Both the position numbers and the translations under genes were made by a program. Source: Hypanus sabinus (lineage: Eukaryota). From it: DNA of 64,000 bases. Of this stretch, positions 48,576-60,500 are shown piece after piece; the stretch's first letter is position 1; every line of letters starts with the position of its first letter. Under the pieces are notes generated by a model, which was not told where the DNA came from, searched no databases, and saw only the letters and a program-made list of their open reading frames with translations. The DNA lies in assembly GCF_030144855.1 (NCBI RefSeq), contig NC_082709.1, positions 140,244,001 through 140,308,000 of the forward strand, given 5' to 3'.

Positions 48576-51500
48576 TATAAGCCTCATTCTGAACCTTTGC
48601 AGACACGGAGGTAAGTCATCCAAGAGCTTCGAGCGGAGGAGGCTGACAAGTAGGAATTTAGTGCCTATCAAATGGCTCTAGCTGAAGTGTTCACAAGCCC
48701 ACACAAAAGCCAGTATCTCCCGTTTGATCTGGGCATAAAGCTGTTCAGTAGGAATCAGTGTTCTTGATGCATATGCCTCTGGTTTCCATACATCACTGCA
48801 GTATTGCATGAGCTCTCCCCCAGACCAAAAGATGAAGTGTCTGCTGAAACCTTGGTTGCTTTGTTCAGATCAAAGAACGCCACTGTAAGCAGAGAGATAA
48901 GCTCTGCTTTAAATGATGAGAATGACTTCTCCTGAGGTGCGTCCAAATATTCCTCTGAGAAACAAGGTCACATAATGGCTTTGTTTTCTCTGCCAAATCT
49001 GGAATGAACTTTCCCAGCTGCTTTACCATACCAAGGAAACTGTGGATCTCTGATACATTTGTAGGTTGTTCCTTGTTCTGAACTCCTGCCAGTTTGTCTG
49101 AAACTGGTTGGACTCCATCTGAGGACAGTTTGTGCCTTCAGAACTCTAACTTTGAAATTTCACATTTCTATTTCTTCAGGGTGTTTCCAACCTGTTCCAA
49201 TTTCTCCACTCTTTTGTCATGTTCCTCATTTGAGCCTCTGAAGATGAATATATCTTCCATGTAGCAAACTTCTCTTTCCAGGTCCCTCCAGATGAGGATG
49301 AACCAAACGTTGAAAGAGTTCAAGGGCTGATAAGATGTCAAAAGGGAATCTCTTGAAGGCGTAGAGCCCATATGGTGTGATAAAGTTTATGGGTACAGTG
49401 ACTCAGAAGCTAAATGGATCTGCCAGAACCCCTGAGTTTGCATGTAGTTTGTTGAAGAATTTTTCCCCACTTAGCATATTCAATGTGAGCTTAGGGGGCA
49501 GAATAAAATTTTCCCATCTCACTGCATTATTCAGTCTTGCATTGAATAATGCAGAATTGTTACATCTGGCTTTTGATCAGGAACAATGCCCGCACACTAC
49601 TCAGTAGGTCCATTCATTCTGGTTATGGTATCATTGCCTCCGATCTCTCCAAGTTCAGTTTTGACTTTGTTCATCAATGGGACTGTTATATGCCTTGCTG
49701 CGGTTAGAGAATAGGGTGTCACTCCTGGTCCCAGTTGGATAAGGTACTCTTCTTTCAGTAATCACAGGCCTGTGAATAGCTCCAGGTACTTGTTCTGCCT
49801 TGAACATTGTTTGAACCAATCCAGCCTTGTAATGAGGTTTAGCTTCTTGATGGCATGTTGTCCAGTAGTGGTGAGAAGCAGTTCTGAACAAAATAGATAT
49901 CCTCATTTAACTGCTAATCATTTTTACAGATGGGTAGTGAACCTTCCTTTCACACTGAGCTTATGTTTCCCTGGCCCCCTTTGCTAAATTTAGCGTAAAG
50001 CCTGTTTTCTTTGCCAGTTTTATGAACCGACATTTGGGGATGGCTGTAACATCTGCCTCAGTGTTTATATTGAACGACACAGCCTCATTTTGCAACTGAA
50101 CTATAGTACACCAGCCTTGTCTATTTAAATATAAAACCCCAATGAAAGCTCTTTCCGTATCTGAATTATGGTCTTCTTTGATCTCCTGAAGAACTGTTTT
50201 GGAGTGACATGGCCATCTCTATTGCACTGGTGGAATTTCTCTTCTTTAGCTGGACAGAGCTCTTTGACATGGAATGAAGAGTTGCCACATCTTCTGCAGT
50301 TGGACATTTTCTCCTGCTCTTTGTTTTGCTTGTCTGTTTTGTTTGAGTTGAACTGTACTGTCACCTCTTTCTGCAGTCTTTCTGACAGCAACTTGTTTAT
50401 ACTGTTCTTTGTGTACAGCTTTGATCTTTACCTCGGCATCATTTTCCTGTCTATATTCTGCCTGTTGCTGATAAACAATCTCACTCCACCTGACCATAGT
50501 CATGACTTTCTCTAGTGTGAGATTTGCCTGCAACTGAAGTCTCTCTGACAATCTGGTGTCTAGTAGCCTGACAATAATCCTGTCTCTAATGAGCTCATCT
50601 CTCAGATTTCCATATGGTGAGTTGTCTGACAGGGCATAAAATGCTGTGACAAACTTATTTTCACTTTCATCTGGCTCCTGTTTTCTGGAGTTGAACTTTG
50701 CCCTCTCATGTATCTCATTTTGTTTTCCTGTGAAATGGTCTTTGAATTTATCCTGCACTGTTTTGTACTCTTCTTTTTTGAGCATCTATCAGTCCTAATC
50801 CACCCATGATATCATCTGCTTTGTCACCAATGCAGTATATCAGTGTGCTTACTTGATGCTCTTCTGAAGCCTGAGTGAGATTGCTTGTAACTCAAAATCT
50901 GTTAAAGTGTCTGAGCCATTTCTTAACATCCCCTGGTTTAGAAAAATCAAATGTCTTATGGGGGGGGGGGGGGGGTATGGTTATTAGGGAAGTAGATGCA
51001 GGTACTCCAGGTATTTGCTCCATTTTCCTGACTTTTTATTTATTTATTTATTATTTGGACTACAAAAGCTTCTTTTCTATCTCCGAGAATTTGACTGACT
51101 GATCTGCTGTGTCTGTATAATTACCCAGGCTTGTGTGCCGCAGATTATTACAGCTGAAGCCTCATGGTGTATACAACTTAGCAAACTAGCATCAACAGTT
51201 TAGCATGATAAGTCTCCGGATGTTTTTCATTGATATATGGGAAAAAGAACAGTATTACTGTAATTCCTTTCGTGGTGGAGATCTCATTTGGTCTGTAGCA
51301 TCGACGATCGACCACTTCTGACACCATGTTGTGTTGGATATTGAGGGACAGTGCAGAGCATACCAGGATGCTAGCATGCAGGATATTTAACTGAACTTTA
51401 ATGACCCCTACTTGTACATGATGTGAACTCCACCCATGTGGGAGTGGCTAACTGAGTGGCCTAAGAAAACACTATCAACTATCACTACAGTTCATTAATG

Positions 51501-52454
51501 TAAGAACGAAAAGGCATTGCGTGGCTTATTCTTGTAAATAATTATTATGAATTATGTTATATGATATAAAATAATCTCCAACTAAAATCCATCCTGATGG
51601 AATGATTTTCTGAAGAATAATCCACGCAATAGTCCCAGAAACACAATTCCATATCAGAAATGTTTTCTCCAAGCGGCGGAATACTCTGTGATTACCAACC
51701 AGTACCATTTCCCTCCACTTTCTTGCAAAGTCCACCTGGAGACTTTGCTGAATTCTACTTTTATCTCTCTATAGCTAGAGCTCGGATGAATATGGTACCA
51801 CATCTAACAGAATTTCCCTGCATGTCTACCCAGTCCTGGCCACCACCAGGTCTGTTGGAGGAATGATTTCTATTCTGCCTTCCTTGAAGCACTTCCCATG
51901 ATACTTTTATACCACGGTGTTTCTGATCCCAGCTGCAGCCACTGCAAATGCTGCTTTCCTTTGGTTTACCCCTCATCTGCCCTCGGTAACATCGGTTTAT
52001 TGGTCCAACCTTTTTTTCTGCAGCTCTTAGCTTACTGTGCTGACTTCAATCAGGTCAATCATTACAATAGTGACCTCTCCTGACTGTTGTCTGCTACTGC
52101 CTTCTTTGGCTCCAGGGCCAGGTTATGACAGTGTTCTGTTCATGTAAGTTGGAAATGTGATCACCCAACAATATATTTAAATAAATTATAGGCCAACAAA
52201 GGGTAATCTGTGTGTTAAATCAGGGCCTTTAACTCAAACATTCAGATTTCTCTGAAAGATGCAAACATATTGTGGTTGAAAAACTATTATCTATACTAGG
52301 TAATATCAGTGCTCAGCATGCAATGAAGCATGATTTACTTCCTGTATGCTGTTTGAACATAGAACATTAATTGTGATCACAGCATTGTATCAGAGCTCCA
52401 AACTAAGTTCCCACTCAGCAAAAAATAAGTACAGCCTCACAGCAGCTGATAAAT

Positions 52455-53636
52455 CCACCCCAGCAGTCTCGCACTCATAGACTCTCCATTCAGCCTTGGA
52501 TCACCAAGACAATAGTAACACCTATGACACGTTGTTTATTGATTACAGCTCAGCATTCAACACAATCAATTCCAATCAGTTCCAATCAACAAGCTCCAAA
52601 ATCTGGGCCCCTGTACCTCTCCCAGCAACTGCAACCTTGTTTCCCTCATCAGAGACCACCGTCAGTGTGGATCAAAAATAACATCTCCTCTTTGCTGGCA
52701 ATCAACAATGGCACACCTCAAGTATGCGTGCTTATCCCACTGTTCACTCTCACTACGCCTATGACTGCGTGGTTAAGCACAGCTCAAAGTTCATCGATAA
52801 ATGTGCCGATGACATAACTATTGTTGGCAGAATTTCAAATGGTGATGAGAATGTGTACAGGAGTGACATCAATCATCTGGTTGAGGGGTATTGCAACAAC
52901 CTTGTACTAAATGTCAGTAAGACCAAGGAATTGGTCGTGGACTTCAGGAAGGGGAAATCAAGGGCACACACGCCAGTTCTCATTGACATGTCAGCAATAG
53001 AAAGGGTGAGCAGTTTCAAGTTTCTGGGTGTCAACATCTCTGAAGACCTATCCTGGGCCCAACATATGGAGACAAATTAAAAGAAAGCCCAACAGCAGTT
53101 GTATTTCATTGGGAGTTTGAGGAGACTTGGCATGTCACCAAATACTCCAGCAAATTTCTACAGGTGTACCATGGAGAGCATTCGAACTGGTTGCTTCACT
53201 GATTGGTATGGATGGGCCACTGCACAGGAGCAGGAGATGTTGCAGAAAGTTGTAAATTCAGCCAGCTCTAGAGTGGGCACTAGCCTTCCCAACATTGAGG
53301 ACATATTCAAAAGGTGATGTCTCGAAAAAGTGGCATCCATCATTTGGGACCCCAATAACCCTGGACATGACCTCTTCTCAGTTCTACCATTAAGGATGAG
53401 TAAAGCAGCCTGAAGATACCTACTCAGTGTATCAGGAACAGGTCCCTCCGCTCCACCATCAGATCTCAGAATGGACAATAAACCAAACAGACTACCTCTG
53501 TTTTTTTTTGCTCTCTTTTTGCATGACTTGTTTATATATCTTTTTGTAATTTATAGTTTTTTATTATTATGTATTGCAATGTATTACTGCTGCAAACCAA
53601 CAAATTTCACAACACATGCCACTGATTCTGATTCTG
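52455..53636 (+). mobile_element. Rex1/Babar-type LINE 3' part
   Basis: LFIDYSSAFNTI, KCADDITIVG, LNVSKTKELVVDFRK; (ATTCTG)n tail. Confidence 0.88.
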
Positions 53637-53679
53637 CCAAATGCTCATTCATGTGGAAGAGCTGTGCACAAGTTGGCCT

Positions 53680-53890
53680 TCTGGAAGTTGGGGAGTTCTG
53701 GTACTTGTTGTGTGAAGTGATACACTTCAGAAGGTCAAACTCGAAGGTGGAGTGCATGGTTAATGGCAGGATCCTTAGCAGTATGACACAAGAGAAGGAC
53801 ATTGGATTCCACATCCACAGATCCCATAGCGTTGTTGCACAAGTTGATAGGGTGATTAAGAAGGCATATGGTGAGTGGGCCTTCCTTATT
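53680..53890 (+). mobile_element. CR1 fragment
   Basis: KCEVIHFRRSN...QVDRVIKKAYG-like text. Confidence 0.6.
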
Positions 53891-54143
53891 GACGTTTTAT
53901 TCACAAAATCCTACATTGGCGACTCTGACGCTCCTGGGTAATTCCAGAGTTGCTCAATGATATGTCAACCAATTTAGTCACTTAAAAGCTGCTGGAATTT
54001 CGGGAGCAGAGTCCATCCATATGGTTTGCACAGACAGGAGCCCAATTTGCACTGTGAGAAATCACGAGAGACATACCAAATTTTACAATGCCATTGCATT
54101 GATGAATAGTTCCACTGCAGCCAGAGTGGTGAGTCTACTAGAA

Positions 54144-55085
54144 CAGGGGTCACCAATCTTTTTTGCACCACAGACCGGTTTAATATTGACAATAATCTTG
54201 CAGACCAGCCAACAAGGGGGGTGGGGTGGTGTTAAACATGACTGGAATACAGTGATTCTCGAAGGAGGATCCTTATGTTCAGTCTATTCCACAACTTAGT
54301 TTGCGTGGCTATTAGCACTTGATTCTGTCCTGCTTGCTCACGTTCTTTCTGCTCAAAAAATTCAACGGGTTTGTTTTTAAGTGCAGGGTCCTTGGACTCA
54401 TGGTAGCGAAGCAGTTTTGAGGGCTTCATTACCTCATTAGACAGCCCCCGGGCCCAAACTCCAGCCTCCCGCCCACCTGCCGCCAGATGCCTTGGCCAGG
54501 TGCAGCTGGTTGTGGGTGGGGTGAGAGAACAAGGTCAGGGCCGTAGGTCCCCATGCCAGGGCTGCAGTGGTTGCAGTCCGGAGAGAGCGACCAACCACGC
54601 GATGAGGAGTGCGACAGGGCGCACACCCTCCCTCTTTGTATGTAGGTAGGATCTATTGGCCGAGAAAAGTTTGGCTCGAGGGATGACTTTCAGTAGATCG
54701 CAGCGAGGTAGCTGCTCTGCTACTTACGAAATGCTGAGCCAAAATTAGGTTGTCTACAAATATTTTAGCACTGGGTTCCGCACGAACATTCAGTGTGGTA
54801 AACAGGTTTAGATGAGGAGCCCATTTGTCCGCGCTCCAGGCCAGTAGCATCGGTACCTCTCACTGGCCAGGGCGACCAATTACCCGAGACCAACCAGTGA
54901 TCCCTGGCGTGAGGGTATCACTGCATTTAGGCAACTGATGACCTCGCATACGTTCAAGTTCAACGGTGCGTGACAGGGAACAAGGAAAGGTGCAGCTGAC
55001 TCATATCATTTCATATTGCCAAACCATATTGTTTTCTCGTGGCCCGGTATCACATGCTTTGTGGCCCGGTGGTTGTGGACTACTC
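54144..55085. mobile_element. Non-autonomous hAT (Buster/Charlie-type) element
   Basis: Left terminus CAGGGGTCACCAA and degenerate right terminus; perfect 8-bp TSD TACTAGAA at 54136-54143 and 55086-55093. Confidence 0.85.
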
Positions 55086-55654
55086 TACTAGAAGATCCAC
55101 CTGTGTGGTAAATAAGTCACTCTGAAAACTCACCTATTACAGACTTTTGAACTGTCTAAGTTTGAGCACACCAAACAGATACTCATTTTGCCCAGCGTGG
55201 CCTACGTTAGACCGCCAGGACTAACGGGCTACCAGCTATTTCTACTAGGCAATCACCATTCTTATTTTATTTTTAAAGAACTTTTTTTTTTGCAACAAAT
55301 GCCTGATCAAGTTCGAATAGTTGTGAAGGATGATGGGGAGCTTGCTCTAATGGACATTCTTATGCAGACAGAGGTGCATTGTCCCTCCTTCTTGACCCGT
55401 ATCAATAAGTCCAGTCTGCAGAGACTCATGCCCATGGCTCCAAACCAGACAATGCCAGCTCTATGTTCTTAACATGCTCATTTCAGCATAAATGCCAATA
55501 AGTGGTGATCACTATGCAGCTTTGACAGTGCCAGGCACATTGGGACATCAGAGGCCAGAGAACACCTGGGGTACCAGCTGCCAAGATAGTCTACTGTTCG
55601 TCAAGGACACCTTTCAGGTGATGCTTCCTGTGTGACACATGCAATCAAGTAATT

Positions 55655-56810
55655 TTGCTGCCAGTATTATTGTCATTATACATAGATACAATGAAACTCT
55701 GTTTGGCTTCCTCTCAGGCAGTTAAAAAAAGCGGTAGATAAAAACAAGACAGTAATAGAAAAACAGTATTAAATAGATAAGCAGCAGAAAATAAGTTGCA
55801 ACAGCAGCAGAATATCACAGTAATGCCCAAAGTGCCGTTAGTGTAAGTATTTGAGTCCTTGTGTGTGCTCACAGTTTCAGTCATTGTTCTGTGGGAGTGG
55901 TGTGATGGAGGCCACAGCTTTGGGTAGAAGCTGTCCCTCTGTCTATTTGTTCTGGCTTTTAGTGTCCTGAACCTTTTGCTGGGCATTAGCGGGTCAGACA
56001 GGGAGTGGCCGGGGTGTGCGGTGTCTCTGGTTATGCTGATTGCTTTCCTCTTGAGTCTGCTGGAATAGATGGTGTCCAGTCCCGGGAGCTCCATCCTGAC
56101 AATTCACTGGGCTGCCTTCACCACACGATGCAGGTCTTGTCGATCAGCGGCTGTACAGCTAGCATACCACACTGTGGCGCTGTTGGTCAGGATGGTTTCA
56201 ATTGTGCTTCTGTAGAAGTTAAGCAACACCTTTTGTGGAAGTTTGGCCTGTTCCAGCTTTCTGATTAAGAAGTGTCTTTGTTGTGCCTTTTTTACAAGCA
56301 GTGAGGTGTTGGTGGTCCATGTCAGCTGTATTGACAGCATAACTCCAATGAACTTTAGGTTTTCCACACTTTCTACTACCGCTCCATGTATATGGAGGGG
56401 GGTGTGTACTCTGTCCTTTGATCTCCTGAAGTCAATGATCATCTCTTTTGTTTTAGAAGTATTAAGGACCAGGTCATTATCCTTACACACTCCGTCAGAT
56501 GATCCACCTCAAGCCTGTAAGTTGTTTCATCCTCATCCGAGATCAGGCCAACCACTGTGGTATTGTCCGCAAATTTAATTATGGAGTTGGAGGTGTAGAT
56601 GGGGGTGCAGTCATGTGTGAAGAGTGTGTAGAGCAGAGGGATCAGCACACAGCCCTGCGGGGTGCAGTCATGTGTGAAGAGTGTGTAGGGCATAGGGATC
56701 AGCACACAGCCCTGCGGGGTGCAGTCATGTGTGAAGAGTGTGTAGAGCATAGGGCTGAGCACACAGCCCTGCGGGGTGCCTATTTTTAAGATGAGGTTGG
56801 TGGAGGGGTG
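55655..56810 (-). mobile_element. Rex1/Babar-type LINE 3' part
   Basis: GTPQGCVLSP...KFADNTTVVGLI, LVLNTSKTKEMIIDFRR, FYRSTIETILT. Confidence 0.9.
56602..56779 (-). repeat. 57-bp tandem triplication inside the LINE RT
   Basis: Units start at 56602, 56659 and 56716 (partial at 56773); in frame, each encodes PQGCVL(S/I)PxxYTLFTHDCT. Confidence 0.92.
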
Positions 56811-57039
56811 CTTACCAACTCTGAATTGCAGTGGCAAAGAACAAAGAACACTCACTGGAGGCCACCAATGGCAGCTAGATACGGACTTATGGGACGTGAT
56901 GCATAATGCTTTGCTTCAGTGGACAATGCTGCATTTGAACTTTATCTTGCTAAAGTTGCCAGATCTCCGGTCTATGCAGATTTCCTGTGCACCAAAACAC
57001 AGTGAGATCTTAGGAACTGCCAAATTGTGAACACAACGG

Positions 57040-57590
57040 GCTCTGGGTCATTACCCTGTACGCCCAGTAAAATTCCATAACAACTCTGTCTAGTGCATGT
57101 ACTACCTGCTGGGCATATTCTGAAGCCTCAGTAAGTCCATTTTCTACTACAGTTACACAATCCAGGGTTGAGCACCGCATTTCCACAGTTTACTCACTGG
57201 TCCATGTGCATAGGCTGGATGCAGAAAAGCTGGCCAGCATGAAGGCTGAATTTGCTAACATGGAAAAGCTTGGCATTGTACACAGGTTGAAAAGCCCTTC
57301 AGCTTCACCTTTTCACATGGTCCCTAAGCCCAATCTTGGTTGCTGTCCATGCGCAATCAGCGCCACCCCCACTCATTACCCAGTCCCACCAACACTTTTC
57401 AGCACGTTTAGCCAGAAAGATATCTTTTTCTAAAGTGGTCTTAGACTGGAGCTACCACCAAGTGTCTGTGGGCACTGGGGATGTTCTGAAAATTGCTGTT
57501 AGAACCCTGTTTGGCCTATTTGAGTTTCTGTGCATGCTATTTGAGCTGAAAAATACAGCGCAGGCACTCAGGCAACTAATGACTCTGTTG
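57040..57590 (+). mobile_element. Gypsy RT fragment (also at ~60470-60870 and ~63700-64000)
   Basis: HRLDAEKLASMKAEF...SPSASPFHMVPK...FSKV...LFGLFEF...LKNTAQ. Confidence 0.85.
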
Positions 57591-60500
57591 CTTGGCAGGG
57601 ACGTAAGAAACCTGAACAATGCATTAGGTCACGATGGACCTTATGCAAAAATATTGGACCTGGTTGGGTCATAGTGAAAGAGGTCTCCCTTGATGGTGCT
57701 CATCAGCCTACTGTCAGCGTATTTAAGACTAATGTCCTGGAGAATGGGTGCCAAAGTCACTTCAGGCCCTATGGAGGTAGTTTCTATATGACAGTGAATA
57801 TTGTAGAGGTTGCCAAAGACAGCCATTGGAGTGGTTGGCTCATTTGAAAGCAACCTCCCAGCGCAGAGCAACAGAATCACAAAAAGGTTAGAATCTTCCA
57901 AGTTCTTCAAAGACAAGTTTATGCAGAGGAAGTACAGTGCATCACAAAGCGGGAACGTCTCCCAATCCAACAATACCTAGTGAACCCTGTTGACTCTGAA
58001 GAATTACTATGAGTTGGCGGATGTATTCAAAGAGCACAATTCACTTCAGAGTTACCTCACCGAGTGTCATTCTAGGTGAGCACTGTGTCACCAGTCTGCT
58101 CATCAGACATTACAGCAAACAAGTATGCTATCAAGGGAGACATTTTCGAATGTGCTATTGTGTGGTGAGACTGTTCTTAAGTCCTTCTTTTGCCAAAGAC
58201 TTAATGAAATGACTATCTGCCTTTTAGTTTCAGTAGTTAACCTGACATCCCATGGATGCCAGGCCAGAGTGTTTTGGCTTCTAGAAGCACTGTTCATTTT
58301 GTATGAACAATTCCTGTATATAATCTGTTTTTTCTTTACTTTATTATTTTTTGCATAGATTAATTTACATATTGACGTGAAGCACGTGCTGTAGGAAGAT
58401 ATTCATCTGAATCCACTCTTCATTTGCCCTTGAAATATCAATATCTGTGAGTCATAAGCTTTCTCAACATTGGTAAGCATTTACAAGATGTATTTTGAAG
58501 GAAGTATTACATTTATCATTTGCTATGAAGCTATTGTTCTGGCACAGGCTCACTCTGATCTACACGGAGTAGTTACGGAATGTAGCGTGAGTGTATTAAC
58601 CGGTTTAACATTGATCATGAGAATAATTGATAGTATTGGTATATTCAGGTGTTAGGTGATTCTGTATTGGATCTAATATGTATTTTATTTACTTTAATGC
58701 AGTTTCAGATGTTTTTCACGTTAAAAGACTTGAAGAAAGCTTCCAGCTTGGGTGGTTTTTGTGAAGGTGTTTAAATCCCTGTGGAGTTTTGTACAAATGA
58801 ACTGCAAGGGCAGTTGAGTACAATATTGCCTAGAGTTTTTAGTGGAGCTGCTCGGGATGTTTCACACAAGTATTGGACCCATTCCCCTTAACAGCTTTAG
58901 TCCCTTGATGTATTTGTTTTTGGCAATATTGTAAAGCACTGGGAATTTTACTTAACTTCATCATAACACACAAGTAACAGTATATGTTTTCCTGTAATGC
59001 AGGCTGCAACCTATTTATCCTAACATTTATAAAGACGAGTGTTCCTACTTTTATAGTTAATCTGGATGCTTTTGAAAACATTCATGCATGCGTTCTTCAT
59101 ATTCATTAACATCATTGTCTCCTGTCCAACACTGATTCTTTATGCCCGTCTACAGTCCAAGGGATACAATTTCTTTGGGCTCTCACTGGATCAGTTCAAG
59201 GTACGTTTAGATCGATATTTCATTCATCCTCCACCTTCAATAGAGGTGTTGGGAACTACCACCTGTGGCAGGACTCCGGTTGAAGCCAACCTCACCAAAC
59301 ACTAAGAAGCGTCTCTTGGCATGGGCCTTGTTCAAACAGGGCCTGGGAAAGGCAGGGGTACAGCATCTAGTTCGTCTTCAGACTCTGGTGCTAATTGTTC
59401 CTTTTCAATCACTGAGATGTTTATACTTCGCCTGTTCTTCCCGTGTTTTTCTCTTTTACTTTTGCTCATTTTCTCTGCTTTTTACAGGATTCATCTGACT
59501 GTTTTTGCATTTCACAGTAACACAAACCACCCTCCAGTCTTACCACAGTTTCCATTCTCTAACACATGTCTGCCGACACTCACAGGGTCCATTCCACCAT
59601 ACAATATAATTATTAATATACTTATTGATCTCTCGTCCATAATTTACAATCATGCCCATTACTGGATTCCTTTAGAGGTCTGAGATAGGTGACTGACGCT
59701 AACATTCACACACATGCACATGTCGCATTCATACATACACACACAAATCACATTCACACACAAGCACAATCAGGGCCCACACACACACAAACACACGCAC
59801 ACACACATACATTCTAGGATTTTTTTTAAAACCATACACTTATCACATTATCAGAGGTAGGTTTTTTAAAGGGGGAGCAGTAAGTGCCTGCAATGCAATT
59901 CAGGGGTGATGGAAAAGGCAGGTACATTAGTGACATTTATGTGATTGCTAGATAGGCAGATGGATAAAAGATAAAATGAAGGGTTCTTGGATGTAGAGAA
60001 TGGAAGGGCTTGATTGATCAAGGAGCAATTTAAAGGAATGGCACAATATTGCAGGCTGAATGGCCTGTATTGTGTTGTACTCTTCTATGTTCTATGCTCA
60101 CCCTATTTTGTTCTTTGCTGTCTCTCTACTGGTGTGTTTTCACATTAAATCTCTTTTGGAAAATCCATTACTTCCAACAACTCCCAAATTTTGTTCCCAT
60201 AAAACTTTTTCGTTGATCCTGCCAGAAAGTAAAAGGGAAACCACAGAATGAATAATTCCTGTTCATCCTCAACTAGGAGGAACTCTTCAAAGTTCTCAAC
60301 ACTGACTGAAGCCTTGACCTGAGTGCTTTGCAATTCCTACTGAAGATCTAGACTTCAGTAGAGCTGAACTCCCCTGTCAACTGTCCAAAGAGAAGGACCT
60401 CCTAGAATACCACAGAGGATTTGTAGTTGTGACCATGTTACAGACATGAGAGATTACATCTCAAGTTGTCACACCTGCTGGGAAAATTCCCAAACCTCAC

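Larger units (their letters stand above)
41389..51489 (-). mobile_element. Complete but decayed Ty3/Gypsy element hosting nested insertions
   Basis: LTRs 41389-41552 and 51327-51489 (TG...CA, ~86% identical by hand count); PBS CCACTTCTGACACCA (tRNA-Leu-like) at 51312-51326; PPT at 41553-41564; 5-bp TSD GTTTA/GTTCA. gag ERAKFNSRKQE...LIRDRII, Zn knuckle, integrase SDNSPQF...PQANREAERAVQT. Confidence 0.9.

Noticed and set aside
667-56779. Short periodic repeats as a CRISPR array
   Set aside because: The 63-bp and 57-bp arrays are whole-unit tandems without unique spacers, in eukaryotic transposon context; no cas genes.
57641-57973. 110-aa minus-strand ORF as a gene
   Set aside because: The paralog has a GAA->TAA nonsense change, and substitutions concentrate at minus-frame codon position 1, which fits the opposite strand better.
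59321-59683. ORF with a TM-like FSLLLLLIF stretch
   Set aside because: Hydrophobicity is explained by a polypyrimidine tract; the paralog diverges in frame immediately after it.
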